Shown here piece after piece: positions 1 to 9,726 of a stretch of 64,000 nucleotides of DNA. Origin of the DNA: Prevotella sp. (GTDB lineage: Bacteria > Bacillota > Clostridia > Christensenellales > UBA1242); assembly GCA_023666145.1 (NCBI GenBank), contig JAMPCO010000003.1, positions 3,027-67,026 on the forward strand, in the 5' to 3' direction. The notes under the pieces are model-generated. The model was not told the DNA's origin. It did no database searches and was given only the letters and a program-made list of their open reading frames with translations. The stretch's first letter is position 1. Every line of letters begins with the position of its first letter. A program made the position numbers and the translations under genes.

Positions 1-436
1 TTTGTCCGCGTACCAAAGTGTTCAAACCGTCAATCGCGGAAATGCCCGTTTGGATAAAATCTTGCGGATAATCGCGGGCAGTGGGGTTGATGGGAGCGCC
101 GTTGATGTCTAATTTTTTGGTGGCAATTAAGGGGGCGGCACCGTCTTTCGGACGACCCAGTCCGTCAAACACGCGTCCCAAAATGTTGGGGGCAACCGCG
201 ACTTCCAAGCCGTGTCCCGTAAATTTAACTGCGTTATCGTGGATGCCTAAGCCTTGTCCTGCGGTAAACATTTGGACAATGGCTTTATCGTCCATAACTT
301 CCAAGACTTTACCGTAACGCACGGTGCCGTCGTCGGCTTTGATTTCCACAAATTCGTTGTAGGTCACACCCGCGGTGTCGGTTACCACTAACAAGGGACC
401 GACCGCACTTTGAATTGTTTTGTAATATTTGTTCAT
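1..436 (-). CDS. ntpB: V-type ATP synthase subunit B, N-terminal 145 codons (gene continues beyond window start)
   Basis: Manual reverse translation from the ATG at 436 gives MNKYYKTIQSAVGPLLVVTDTAGVTYNEFVEIKADDGTVRYGKVLEV...FIQTGISAIDGLNTLVRGQ, a typical V/A-ATPase B N-terminus. The start forms an ATGA overlap with the subunit A stop (433-436). It is absent from the ORF track because it is truncated. Confidence 0.9.
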   Translation of the reverse strand, partial: MNKYYKTIQSAVGPLLVVTDTAGVTYNEFVEIKADDGTVRYGKVLEVMDDKAIVQMFTAGQGLGIHDNAVKFTGHGLEVAVAPNILGRVFDGLGRPKDGAAPLIATKKLDINGAPINPTARDYPQDFIQTGISAIDGLNTLVRGQ

Positions 437-2172
437 GCCAGTTTTCCCCCTAATTCGTATTTAATGCGGTTGGTGAGTGCCGCAATCTTGTCCGCGTCTT
501 GGTTGGGGATGTAACGGAATTGGGCAAATTCTTCCCGCACCGTGGGCAAGATGACGGCTTCGTATGCCACACCTTTTTGAATGGCGGCCGCCGCCAAATT
601 GTAGTAAGTCATCATGGATTCTAACATCAGGAACTGTTTGCGTGGCGCCGCGTAAGTGTCAATCTCGCTCATCGCGTCTTGCATTAAATAGTTTTCTCGT
701 AACAGATGGGCGGTGTCCAAAATCAAACGGTCGGCGTCAGATAAGGAATCTTCCCCGACTAAGCGCACGATTTCTTCCAAATTGGCCGCCAGTTGTAAAA
801 TTTTCATCGCGCCTTGACGGTGCTGTGCGTAATCGGGTGAAAGGTTGTCACGGTACCAAGTTGCCAGTTGGTCAGCGTACAAGGAATAAGATGTCAACCA
901 ATCAATCGCAGGAAAGTGGCGGCGATAGGCCAAAGCCGCGGATAAGCCCCAGAAAACTTTCACAATGCGCAGGGTGGCTTGCGAAACAGGTTCACTTAAA
1001 TCACCCCCTGGCGGCGAAACCGCACCAATCGCGGTAATCGAACCTAACTGCGCGTCTGACCCCAAAACTTGCACCCGTCCCGCCCGTTCGTAAAATTCCG
1101 CAATGCGGCTGCTGAGATAGGCGGGGTAGCCTTCTTCGCCCGGCAGTTCTTCCAAACGACCGCTCATTTCGCGTAAGGCTTCCGCCCAACGGCTGGTACT
1201 GTCCGCCATGATGGCAACGTCGTAGCCCATGTCACGGAAGTATTCGGCAATCGTAATTCCCGTGTAGATACTGGCTTCGCGCGCCGCCACGGGCATATCG
1301 CTGGTATTGGCAATCAAGATGGTGCGTTTCATTAAAGGTTCGCCCGTCTTGTGATCGATCAGGGCGGGAAATTCGTTCAAAACGTCGGTCATTTCGTTGC
1401 CGCGTTCGCCACAACCAATATAAACCACCACTTGGGCATCCGACCATTTGGCAATTTGGTGTTGGCAGACGGTTTTGCCCGAACCGAAGGGGCCAGGAAT
1501 GGCCGCCACACCTCCTTTGGCGATCGGGAACAGCGTATCCACGGTCCGTTGTCCCGTGATTAACGGCACACTGGTGGGTAACTTTTTGACGTAGGGGCGG
1601 GCTTGCCGTACCGGCCATTTTTGTAACATTTGGACGGGTTTGCCGTCGATGGCGGCGATGTCATCCACAATGGTAAAGTCACCCGATCGGATTTGGGTGA
1701 TTTTACCTTGCAGCCCGTAAGGCACCATGATGCGGTGTTCAATCACGGCGGTTTCTTGCACCGTTCCCAATACATCGCCCGCGGTCACTACGTCACCGAC
1801 TTTTTTGGTCGCTTGGAATTTCCATTTTTGGCTATGGTTTAATTTGTCTAACGTCAGTCCCGTAGTTATGCGGTCGCCCACCAAACGGCGGATGTCTTCT
1901 AACGGACGACCAATTCCGTCAAAAATGCCCGACATAATGCCTGGTGCCAATTCCATACACAGCGGGGCATTGGTGTTAATCACGGGGTCGCCAATTTTTA
2001 AGCCGCTGGTTTCTTCGTACACTTGGATACTGGCGTGGTCGCCACGCAGTTCAATGATTTCGCCGACCAGTTTGCCGTCGCCGACATAGACCACGTCGTG
2101 CAAATTGGCACTGTCCAGATTTTCCGCGACAATCAATGGCCCACTGACTTTAATAATTGTTCCTGTTTTCAT
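433..2172 (-). CDS. ntpA: V-type ATP synthase catalytic subunit A
   Basis: Walker A GPFGSGKT, and strong V/A-type A-subunit sequence throughout (SDMPVAAREASIYTGITIAEYFRDMGY). The track start at 2175 is TTG. The ATG at 2172 (MKTGTIIKVSGPL) overlaps the subunit F stop by 1 nt. Confidence 0.96.
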   Translation of the reverse strand: MKTGTIIKVSGPLIVAENLDSANLHDVVYVGDGKLVGEIIELRGDHASIQVYEETSGLKIGDPVINTNAPLCMELAPGIMSGIFDGIGRPLEDIRRLVGDRITTGLTLDKLNHSQKWKFQATKKVGDVVTAGDVLGTVQETAVIEHRIMVPYGLQGKITQIRSGDFTIVDDIAAIDGKPVQMLQKWPVRQARPYVKKLPTSVPLITGQRTVDTLFPIAKGGVAAIPGPFGSGKTVCQHQIAKWSDAQVVVYIGCGERGNEMTDVLNEFPALIDHKTGEPLMKRTILIANTSDMPVAAREASIYTGITIAEYFRDMGYDVAIMADSTSRWAEALREMSGRLEELPGEEGYPAYLSSRIAEFYERAGRVQVLGSDAQLGSITAIGAVSPPGGDLSEPVSQATLRIVKVFWGLSAALAYRRHFPAIDWLTSYSLYADQLATWYRDNLSPDYAQHRQGAMKILQLAANLEEIVRLVGEDSLSDADRLILDTAHLLRENYLMQDAMSEIDTYAAPRKQFLMLESMMTYYNLAAAAIQKGVAYEAVILPTVREEFAQFRYIPNQDADKIAALTNRIKYELGGKLA

Positions 2173-2498
2173 CAATTTCCTCCTACTTTAATGCCCATGG
2201 CTTTTTCCATATTTTGGTTCAGGCGTTGCAAACCATAATGATCCTGCGTCACGGTATCGGGAATGGACAGGATGATCGGGTAAGCAATGCCCGCACGGCG
2301 ATCCAAATACTGACCAATTTGGGCGGCAATCTTTTCCAAAATCAAAATGATTTTATAGCCGTCACGTTCTAACTCTTCACAACGGGTGATGACCGCGGTG
2401 GGTGCGGTGTCGTAATAACAAGCGTAACCAATCGCTTGGAAAACTTTGACAATGGCTGGTTCGCCGATGACAGCAATTGTTTTATTGGAATTGTTCAT
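2172..2498 (-). CDS. V-type ATP synthase subunit F (position of E. hirae NtpG)
   Basis: 108 aa. The N-terminus KTIAVIGEPAIVKVFQAIG is typical of V-type F subunits. It sits between subunits C and A, as in the ntp operon. Confidence 0.85.
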   Translation of the reverse strand: MNNSNKTIAVIGEPAIVKVFQAIGYACYYDTAPTAVITRCEELERDGYKIILILEKIAAQIGQYLDRRAGIAYPIILSIPDTVTQDHYGLQRLNQNMEKAMGIKVGGN

Positions 2499-3156
2499 AC
2501 AGCCCCCTTAAATTTTCGCGCAACCAAGTTACGTCATAATGAAAGCGTTTGCTGATTAACAAGGCTTTGATGATGATCAATTCTTTTTCGCGTTGCAAGT
2601 ACCACCAAAACAAAGGATTGGGTTGGAAAATGTCATCTTTATCGACCGCACCCAACGCATCCAATCGGGCGCGACACGCCGCCTCACGTTGGGCGGAAGT
2701 TTGATGGGGAAAGATGTCAAGGTTGTCTGCCGTCAGATTGCCACCAGGAAAGACCGTCTGGCTGCCTTTATAAAAATTGCGGACGTTGACCAGATCCACC
2801 CAAGTGGTGAGATAAGTGCGGATGCTGGGCGTTTTAATGCGCGGGATTTGTACCGCCAACAGGGCAAAGGTTTCCGTCGCGTTGGCTTCGGTCAATTGAT
2901 TTATCGCGCGAACACAGGACAGCAACGCAGGGTCTTCACACAGATTGCTGAATGTGTCCATGGTTTGCGCGCGGGCGGCATCTAACAAAGCATCATCGTC
3001 GTCAAAATCAGTTTGGTAGCCACATTCTGCCAGTACACGTAAACACGTAGCGCGGTCGTCGGCGGTCGCCATATCACGAATCCGTTTGCGCGTTAAAAGG
3101 TGGGCATCGCCCTGCATGATGATGCTGGCATTCGCAAATGTTACGCCGCCTGCCAT
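2482..3156 (-). CDS. ntpC: V-type ATP synthase subunit C (d-like), unusually short at 224 aa
   Basis: Operon position between E and F. AGGAG Shine-Dalgarno lies 9 nt upstream of the ATG at 3156. The protein is helical and ends in a WWYLQREKE...KALL motif. It is shorter than the roughly 330 aa usual for bacterial NtpC. Confidence 0.75.
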   Translation of the reverse strand: MAGGVTFANASIIMQGDAHLLTRKRIRDMATADDRATCLRVLAECGYQTDFDDDDALLDAARAQTMDTFSNLCEDPALLSCVRAINQLTEANATETFALLAVQIPRIKTPSIRTYLTTWVDLVNVRNFYKGSQTVFPGGNLTADNLDIFPHQTSAQREAACRARLDALGAVDKDDIFQPNPLFWWYLQREKELIIIKALLISKRFHYDVTWLRENLRGLYEQFQ

Positions 3157-3157
3157 G

Positions 3158-3691
3158 TCAAATCACTCCTAGAATTTCCGCCACCGATGGTGCCAGCGGT
3201 TCACGCAACGCGTTCAAAACACTGTCCACATCCAATTCTAAGCGGTAAGTTGGGTTTTCAATGATGATACCGCCCGCAATGGTATCCGTAATTGGTAACT
3301 GGGGTAATGCGTGCGCCCAGGCTTGTGCCACCACAATTTTATCGCCTGGCTGGGCGTATTTTTGGGTGTAGGCGTCCACCAAACGTTGGATTTCCGTTTT
3401 GGTTGCGTGCAGTAATTTTTCCCGTGTTTGGTTGAAGGCTTGGTCAATCCATTGTTGTTGGGCATTGATTTGGGCTTTGATTTGTGCTACTTCGTAGGCG
3501 CGCTTTTGCTGTGTTTGACGGTAGGCTAAATCCGCTTTGGCTTTTTTCAGGGCGGTGTTTTTCCGCACCGTGGCTTGGGCTTGGGCTTCCGCTATTTTGG
3601 CGTCGGCTTGGGCTTGGGCCGTAGCCAGCAAGTCTTTGGCTTGTTGGTTAGCATTCCGTAAAATTTTTTTGGTTAAATCTTGTTCGGTCAT
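3158..3691 (-). CDS. ntpE: V-type ATP synthase subunit E
   Basis: 177 aa with an N-terminal Ala/Gln/Lys-rich coiled coil (AQAQADAKIAEAQAQA) and a C-terminal globular part. Its operon position fits subunit E. Confidence 0.85.
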   Translation of the reverse strand: MTEQDLTKKILRNANQQAKDLLATAQAQADAKIAEAQAQATVRKNTALKKAKADLAYRQTQQKRAYEVAQIKAQINAQQQWIDQAFNQTREKLLHATKTEIQRLVDAYTQKYAQPGDKIVVAQAWAHALPQLPITDTIAGGIIIENPTYRLELDVDSVLNALREPLAPSVAEILGVI

Positions 3692-3700
3692 GAATGCTCC

Positions 3701-4183
3701 TTATAAAGTTGCCGCTGTGGTGGGAATCAATAACACGCACAAAATGGAAATAATCAAACCAAACAATGCAAACAATTCGGTGAAAACCGCCATGGTAATC
3801 GCACGGCCTAACGCGTCGTCACGTTTACCCACCATAACCACCGCGGAAGCACAAACTTTCCCTTGTGCAATGGCGGCGGTGGTACCCGCAATCGCCACGG
3901 CTAAGCAACCACCCAACACCATCAAACCTTGGTCGACCGAGTAGTAGGAACCGTCATTGGCTAAAACGGCTTTGACCAAGACCAAGAACGCGACGATAAA
4001 ACCGTACAGCGCACTGGACGACGGAATTAACTGCAAAATCAAAGTCTTGCTGTATTTTTCGGGTTTTTCCGCGATAATGCCGCAACTGGCCCGTTGCACA
4101 TGAAACACGCCGAACGCCGAACCCATACAGCAACAACCAACGGCCAGTGCCGCACCGATTAACGCAAAAGCATTTCCTCCCAT
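3701..4183 (-). CDS. ntpK: V-type ATP synthase proteolipid subunit K (duplicated 4-TM c subunit)
   Basis: 160 aa with four hydrophobic helices. It shares ILQLIPSSSALYGFIVAF and AIAQGKV, and has the essential Glu in FTELFALFG, with E. hirae NtpK. GGAGG Shine-Dalgarno lies upstream. Confidence 0.92.
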   Translation of the reverse strand: MGGNAFALIGAALAVGCCCMGSAFGVFHVQRASCGIIAEKPEKYSKTLILQLIPSSSALYGFIVAFLVLVKAVLANDGSYYSVDQGLMVLGGCLAVAIAGTTAAIAQGKVCASAVVMVGKRDDALGRAITMAVFTELFALFGLIISILCVLLIPTTAATL

Positions 4184-4216
4184 AAATTTCTTTCTTCCTC
4201 CTTTCCTTTTCTCAAT

Positions 4217-6166
4217 TTATATACGCGTACCCTGGTGGATACGGGCATAACGAAGTTTGCTGGCTAACGGAACAAACGGAGTCCCCGAGCCTTCATAAAA
4301 TTTGCCGAAGAATTCGACGAACTGTAAACGGGCATTATGGATGTACGCGGACAACAGGCTTAACGCGATGTTGAGGGCGTGGAACAAGACCGCTACAATT
4401 CCACCCAAAATCATCCCGATGAAGCCGATGTCCGCCAACATCCCGCACAAGAAATTGGCGACGTACGCAATTACGCAACCAACCAAACCCACCCCGAACA
4501 AGCGGGCGTAGGAGAGCAGGTCGCTGAAATAATTGACCAATTTATACGCGCCAGAAAACATCCCCAACACGTAACCACCGAAGCGGCGCCCAATGCCGTT
4601 AAACAGCACAACGCCCGCAAAACCGACCAAGGTTACGATCAAACCAGGTACCATCAGTGGTTGGAACCAATCAACCACCGCGTAATCCAACGGAATCAAT
4701 TTTTGGATTAAAGCCGGGAACGCTAAAGTCAAACCAACGAACATAACCAAGTTCGGTAAGGCTTTGCCAACGCCGTCGATAAAGTGTCGCAAACGCAATT
4801 GGTTAATGAAGTTTAATAAATTGCCGACCGTGATTTGAATCACACCCAAATAAAGGGAAAGGGCGAAGAACAGTGTTGCGTCGTTACCTAATGGGTCCAG
4901 CCAAGTTTTGTTAAGGATGAACGTCGGCAAATTCAAACCAAAAAAACTGTTAAACAATAAACCCCACAGTGCCGCCGAAATACCGCCCATGCAGAACAAC
5001 GCCAGTAATTGACGTGTACCCCCTTGGGGGCGTTTCACGCACAAGATGACCGCGGTAATTACGGACAGCAATAAGCCGTAACCCAAATCGCCAAACATGG
5101 AACCGAAAAAGAAGAAATAGAAGAAAGCGACAAAGGGGTTCGGGTCAATGTCGTTGCGGCCAGGGGCGCCATACATCATGGTAATGGCGTTATACGGTTG
5201 AACCAGTGGTGAATTATGTACTAAGGCGGGCGGGGTATCGGTGGCGGTCGCGTCTTTCAAGGAAACAACAATGTTTTTGTCGGTCTGGTGAATCAGGGTG
5301 GTAAATTCGTCCGCGGAGCGTGCCGGAATCCAGCCATGCACCACAAAACACAATTTGGTTTGAATCGTGGCGGTCAAAATGTCGAGCGTATCAATTTCGT
5401 TCAACAAATAATCGTAATAAGTTTTTAACAAATTGACTTGCTCGAGGGTGGGGTGGTGACTGCGCGTATTTTCCGTTAATTGCTCCGTCAAGGTTTGGTT
5501 TTGTTGGGACAGGTAATCAATTTGTTGCAAGGGCGTTCGTTCAAAACTGTAATAGGTGGGGAACGGAGTCAAACCGTAATCCAAAATCGTTTCGGCCAGC
5601 GGTTGGTTATCTAAGTCACCCATGATGACCACCAATAAATGGTTGTGGGTGGTGGGATAAGTTTCGTAGATGAAATCTTGGGTGTCGATGTCGTTGGTAA
5701 AACGGGTAAAATCCGCGGTTGCGATTAAACCCGCCAGCACGAAAGTAGTTTTGGTCGATTTTAATAAATGGGCGGGGATGGGTAAATCACGGAACTTTTG
5801 CAGGTTAGTAATCGTGGTTTGGTTTAAGTTAATTTGAGTTTGTAAATCGGTGGCTTCAATTTTGGCGTGTTCCAATTTGGTCAGCAAGGTTTCAATTTGT
5901 TTTTGTTTTTTGGTGACGCTTTTCAAGGCTTGGTAAGTTAAATCGACGGGTTTGCTGTCGGCTTGCAAGTATTGCAGCGCGCTGGTGACGCGGTTCAATT
6001 CGGCGGTGTAATCGTTCTTACGGGCTTGGTCGTCGGCGTCCAAAGGGGTATCGCTGTTTTTGTAAAAGGTAATTTGAAAGTTACCCGTGGCTTTCAGAGT
6101 ATCAATCACTTTTTTTAAGGCGGTGCGCTCCCCAACCAGGGAGACTTTTTTCATCTTGGCAATCAT
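4217..6166 (-). CDS. ntpI: V-type ATP synthase subunit I (a-subunit homolog)
   Basis: 649 aa. It starts MIAKMKKVSLVG, has a soluble N-terminal half and a polytopic C-terminal half ending LSAYIHNARLQFVEFFGKFYEG, which carries the conserved Arg region. Confidence 0.93.
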   Translation of the reverse strand: MIAKMKKVSLVGERTALKKVIDTLKATGNFQITFYKNSDTPLDADDQARKNDYTAELNRVTSALQYLQADSKPVDLTYQALKSVTKKQKQIETLLTKLEHAKIEATDLQTQINLNQTTITNLQKFRDLPIPAHLLKSTKTTFVLAGLIATADFTRFTNDIDTQDFIYETYPTTHNHLLVVIMGDLDNQPLAETILDYGLTPFPTYYSFERTPLQQIDYLSQQNQTLTEQLTENTRSHHPTLEQVNLLKTYYDYLLNEIDTLDILTATIQTKLCFVVHGWIPARSADEFTTLIHQTDKNIVVSLKDATATDTPPALVHNSPLVQPYNAITMMYGAPGRNDIDPNPFVAFFYFFFFGSMFGDLGYGLLLSVITAVILCVKRPQGGTRQLLALFCMGGISAALWGLLFNSFFGLNLPTFILNKTWLDPLGNDATLFFALSLYLGVIQITVGNLLNFINQLRLRHFIDGVGKALPNLVMFVGLTLAFPALIQKLIPLDYAVVDWFQPLMVPGLIVTLVGFAGVVLFNGIGRRFGGYVLGMFSGAYKLVNYFSDLLSYARLFGVGLVGCVIAYVANFLCGMLADIGFIGMILGGIVAVLFHALNIALSLLSAYIHNARLQFVEFFGKFYEGSGTPFVPLASKLRYARIHQGTRI

Positions 6167-6168
6167 GA

Positions 6169-6441
6169 TTAGGCACCATAAACTGCTGTGATAATGTGCG
6201 CCACCGCCGCATCCATTTTGGCTTGGGGAACATTGATGTTAACGGTGGGTGTCGCCAGCGGTTGGGGTTGCGGTAAATTTGTTACCGCCGCCGCAATTTC
6301 AGCATTCGTATTATTCTCAATTTTAGTTAAGCGTTGATAAGTATCTTTTTCAATTTCACGCACTTGCACATTGGCCTTCGCAATGATTTGTTCAGCCTGG
6401 TCTTCGGTGTCATGGAGCGTTTTCAAGATATCGGCTAACAT
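6169..6441 (-). CDS. Small V-ATPase stalk subunit (G/H-like; position of E. hirae NtpF)
   Basis: The ATG at 6441 gives a 90-aa helical protein (MLADILKTLHDTEDQAEQIIAKANVQVREIEKD...). It is the first gene of the operon, and a promoter sits 7 nt upstream. The 157-aa track ORF would extend through that promoter. Confidence 0.7.
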   Translation of the reverse strand: MLADILKTLHDTEDQAEQIIAKANVQVREIEKDTYQRLTKIENNTNAEIAAAVTNLPQPQPLATPTVNINVPQAKMDAAVAHIITAVYGA

Positions 6442-6448
6442 AAGGCTA

Positions 6449-6477
6449 ATTTTAATGGATTGGTCTTTGATTGACAA
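6449..6477 (-). promoter_or_regulatory. sigmaA-type promoter of the V-ATPase operon, positioned for a leaderless transcript
   Basis: On the minus strand: TTGTCA (6477-6472), 17 nt spacer, TAAAAT (6454-6449), 7 nt, then ATG (6441). No Shine-Dalgarno is present. The -35 is part of the quasi-palindrome TTGACAA, which also reads TTGACA on the plus strand. Confidence 0.55.
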
Positions 6478-6512
6478 GCAAATTTTGCCTGCCACCTTTA
6501 TATATATAGAAA

Positions 6513-9002
6513 ATGCAAGACTTTTACGGGTTAACCAGCCAGGAGGTCGAAAGTGCACGTCGTCAACACGGCAGCAATACTTTGACTCCACCCAAAAAGC
6601 GTAGTTTTTGGCAAATCTTGATTGGTAACTTGGGTGACCCAATCATGAAAATCTTAATGATTGTCACGGGCATTAACGTTGCGTGCTTGTTTTATACTCA
6701 CAATTTTTTGGAAACTTTTGGTATTGTGATGTCGATTTGTATTGCGGTCGTGGTCAGTACCCTCAGCGAATTAGGTAGTGAATCCGCGTTCAAAAAATTG
6801 GAAACCATGTCGGGACAAATTGAATCCCGTGTCAAACGCGCGGGCAAAACCGTCTTGTTACCGGCGACACAGATTGTGGCGGGCGACATCGTTTTGCTGG
6901 GCAGTGGGGATAAGATTCCCGCCGACGGCGTCGTAGTGGACGGCACATTGAGCGTCGACCAAAGTATTTTGAACGGCGAAAGTTTGGAATGTCACAAGCA
7001 CGTGGCACGTGACAGTGGCAAAACCGATTTTTTGGCGGCGGGACAATTATTTTCGGGGACGGTGGTCACGGGTGGCAGTGGGGTGATGCAGGTCACGGCG
7101 GTGGGTGACCAAACCGCTTACGGACAAATCGCGCAAGGTTTAACCGAAAGCGCACCGACCAGCCCGTTAAAAGTCAAATTATCCAAACTGGCGAACTTGG
7201 TTTCCGTGATTGGTTACATTGGTGCCGCGATTGCGGCGGTCACGTATTTAATCAGTGTCAGCGGGGGCGGCATTACTTTTCAAGAGATTTTGTCGGCGAT
7301 TACTTTGGTGGTGTCCGTGGTCGTCATGGCGGTTCCTGATGGTTTGCCGATGATGATTACCGTGGTGCTTTCGTCCAATATGCGCGCCATGATGCGCGAC
7401 CAATTATTGGTGCGAAAACTGAGCGCGGTGGAAACGGCGGGCAGTTTGAACATCCTTTTTACCGACAAAACGGGTACCATTACTCAAGGTAAATTAAGCG
7501 TGTGTGGGGTTTTGTTGCCCAACGGACAATATGTGACCCAAGATTTTCGGACGCAGTTGGGTGGGTTTGGACAGTTGTTGGGTACGGCTTTGGTGGTGAA
7601 TAACGAAGCCGAACCGACCGCGCAAGGGTTTATCGGGGGTAACATTACGGATCGGGTGTTGGCCGCGTTCGGGGGCGAATTGTTGAGTGGTGTGCTGCCC
7701 AAGGCCACGAAACAACACGTGGAACCGTTTTCTTCGGCGACCAAATTCATGGCGACCACCACGGCGCAAGGAGATACCTATTATAAAGGGGCGACCGAAG
7801 TGTTGTTGCCGCGTTGTCAGTTGGACGTTTCCGAACGCGCCCTCTTGATGCAGCGGGTGGCTGCGTTAAACCAACAAGCCATGCGCGTAATTTGCGTGAC
7901 CCAAGGCGAGGTGTTGTTGGGCTTTGTCGTGATTCGTGATGCGATTCGTCCCGAAGCCTTGACCAGTATCCAAACTTTACATACCGCCCAAATTCAAGTG
8001 GTGTTGGTGACGGGGGATGCGCGCGATACCGCGGTGGCGGTGGCGCGGGAAGTGGGAATTTTAGACGAAGATGGTTTGGTGTTAACCAGTGAGGAACTTA
8101 ACCGTTTGGACGATGCGGCTTTGGCACAAATTTTGCCACGGTTACGGGTGGTGTCACGGGCATATCCCCAAGACAAAAGTCGGTTGGTACGGGTGGCACA
8201 GTCCTTGAATTTAGTGGTCGGCATGACGGGGGATGGAGTTAACGATGCACCCGCGTTGAAACGTGCCGAGTTAGGTTTTGCGATGGGCAGTGGGACCGAA
8301 GTAGCCAAAGCGGCGGGCGATATCGTGATTATGGACGACAACATTCAATCCATTACCAAAGCGGTTTCGTTTGGACGCACTTTGTTTGAAAGTATCCGCA
8401 AATTTTTGGTTTTCAAATTGACGATTAACTTTATTGCGATGACGATTTGTATCTTGGCACCCTTGTTCGGCATTGCGGCACCGATTACCGTGATCCAAAT
8501 GTTGTGGATTAACTTGGTGATGGATACCTTGGCGGGCTTAGCGTTTGGGGGCGAAAAACCCGCACCGATATATATGCAGCAACCGCCGAAGCGGCGCGAC
8601 GAAAGTTTAATTACCAAAACCATGTGGGGCAAAATTATTTGGGGCAGTGTGTTCGGCAGTTTGATTTGCCTGTGGTTCTTAATTTCGCCGTACATCCAAA
8701 GCATTGTGGGTAACCAACAAGTTTTCGTTACCGTGTTCTTTACTTTCTTTATGTTCCTGAACGTTTGCAACGCATTTAACGCCCGCGCGAACGGCATGAA
8801 CTTACTGCGTGGATTGTTCAAAAACAAAGCGTTCGTCATTATCATGGTGGCGATTGTGTTATCACAATTTGTGATTATCTTTTGGGGTGGGGGTGTCTTT
8901 CGTACCGTGCCAATTGATTGGGGTTACATTATTTTCTCTGGTGTTTTGGCTCTGTCCATGTTGCCCGTCGAAATGTTCCGTCAAGCCATCTTCCGTCGCT
9001 AA
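6513..9002 (+). CDS. P-type Ca2+-transporting ATPase (type IIA, YloB-like)
   Basis: 829 aa with the phosphorylation motif DKTGTITQG and hinge TGDGVNDAPAL. The N-terminus GLTSQEVESARRQHGSNTL is typical. No Shine-Dalgarno is present, and a TATATATATA tract ends 4-6 nt before the ATG. Confidence 0.93.
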   Translation: MQDFYGLTSQEVESARRQHGSNTLTPPKKRSFWQILIGNLGDPIMKILMIVTGINVACLFYTHNFLETFGIVMSICIAVVVSTLSELGSESAFKKLETMSGQIESRVKRAGKTVLLPATQIVAGDIVLLGSGDKIPADGVVVDGTLSVDQSILNGESLECHKHVARDSGKTDFLAAGQLFSGTVVTGGSGVMQVTAVGDQTAYGQIAQGLTESAPTSPLKVKLSKLANLVSVIGYIGAAIAAVTYLISVSGGGITFQEILSAITLVVSVVVMAVPDGLPMMITVVLSSNMRAMMRDQLLVRKLSAVETAGSLNILFTDKTGTITQGKLSVCGVLLPNGQYVTQDFRTQLGGFGQLLGTALVVNNEAEPTAQGFIGGNITDRVLAAFGGELLSGVLPKATKQHVEPFSSATKFMATTTAQGDTYYKGATEVLLPRCQLDVSERALLMQRVAALNQQAMRVICVTQGEVLLGFVVIRDAIRPEALTSIQTLHTAQIQVVLVTGDARDTAVAVAREVGILDEDGLVLTSEELNRLDDAALAQILPRLRVVSRAYPQDKSRLVRVAQSLNLVVGMTGDGVNDAPALKRAELGFAMGSGTEVAKAAGDIVIMDDNIQSITKAVSFGRTLFESIRKFLVFKLTINFIAMTICILAPLFGIAAPITVIQMLWINLVMDTLAGLAFGGEKPAPIYMQQPPKRRDESLITKTMWGKIIWGSVFGSLICLWFLISPYIQSIVGNQQVFVTVFFTFFMFLNVCNAFNARANGMNLLRGLFKNKAFVIIMVAIVLSQFVIIFWGGGVFRTVPIDWGYIIFSGVLALSMLPVEMFRQAIFRR

Positions 9003-9709
9003 ATAATTTGACTTTTGCGCACAAATTTCCAATCGCCACTGGCTAAATTGCCCAAAGTCAATTTGCCTTCTTGCAAACGGATCAGGTGGGTGACTTGCAG
9101 GCCTAAGGTTTCAAACATTTTGCGAATTTGCCGATTGCGTCCTTCGTGGATGATGACTTGGATTTGGGTACGGTCGTGTTGCAGATAGGAAAATTCCGCG
9201 GGTGCCGTTTGGACACCATCGATCTTGACCCCGTGGGATAAAGTTGCTAATTCGGCCTTGGTGACGGGGCGGTTGACCGTAGCGTGATAGATTTTATTGA
9301 CGTGGGTGGACGGATGCGTTAATTGCTTGGTCAAAGCGCCGTCGTTGGTTAGCAGTAGCAAACCACACGTCTGATAATCCAAACGGCCAACGGGGTACAG
9401 GCGCACCGTTTTTAACAGGGTCGCGTATTGCTTGGGATTTTGGCGAATCACGTCCAAAACGGTGGTTCGACCTTGGGGGTCAAAAGTGGTGGTAACCACG
9501 CCCGCGGGTTTGTTCAATAAAATGTAGACTTTGTCGGTCGGGGGTTGGACGGGGCGGTTGTCGACCGTTACGGTCGCATCATCGGGAATGATGGTGGCTA
9601 AATTGGTAATCACCACCCCATTCAAACGGACACGTCCCGCGGTGATCAACGTTTCCACATGGCGGCGGCTGCCGAGTCCACACAAAGCAAGATATTTGTT
9701 TACGCGCAT
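8999..9709 (-). CDS. rluB: Pseudouridine synthase, RsuA/RluB family with S4 domain
   Basis: The ATG at 9709 gives MRVNKYLALCGLGSRRHVETLITAGRVRLNG (S4 domain). The catalytic motif GRLDYQTCGLLLLTNDG is present. The track ORF's upstream extension is hydrophobic junk. Confidence 0.9.
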   Translation of the reverse strand: MRVNKYLALCGLGSRRHVETLITAGRVRLNGVVITNLATIIPDDATVTVDNRPVQPPTDKVYILLNKPAGVVTTTFDPQGRTTVLDVIRQNPKQYATLLKTVRLYPVGRLDYQTCGLLLLTNDGALTKQLTHPSTHVNKIYHATVNRPVTKAELATLSHGVKIDGVQTAPAEFSYLQHDRTQIQVIIHEGRNRQIRKMFETLGLQVTHLIRLQEGKLTLGNLASGDWKFVRKSQII

Positions 9710-9717
9710 CAAAAAAA

Positions 9718-9726
9718 AGTATATCA
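9718..9726 (-). promoter_or_regulatory. Extended -10 promoter of rluB (leaderless-type)
   Basis: The minus strand reads TGaTATACT, then 8 nt (tttttttg), then ATG (9709). No Shine-Dalgarno is present. Confidence 0.45.

Noticed and set aside
564-2372. Many 60-160 aa ORFs in the track lie antisense to or out of frame with ntpA. The same occurs within secA, uvrB, addA, the RND gene and others.
   Set aside because: They lie entirely inside long, strongly recognisable genes. They have no Shine-Dalgarno or promoter and give low-complexity translations, so they are shadow ORFs.
6471-6512. A canonical promoter for the Ca2+-ATPase gene that uses the plus-strand TTGACA at 6471-6476.
   Set aside because: The spacer to the TATATA tract is 20-22 nt, so it is not a standard sigmaA geometry. 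The TATATATATA tract 4-6 nt before the ATG still suggests a leaderless start, but I could not assign a confident -35, so I did not list it as a feature.
9531-9725. Long N-terminal extensions of the SurE-1 ORF (track start 9531) and of rluB (track start 9817), which would overlap each other.
   Set aside because: The extensions are antisense to the other gene's coding sequence and lack homology. The homologous N-termini (MNILIAN.. and MRVNKYLALCG..) start at 9726-9735 and at 9709.
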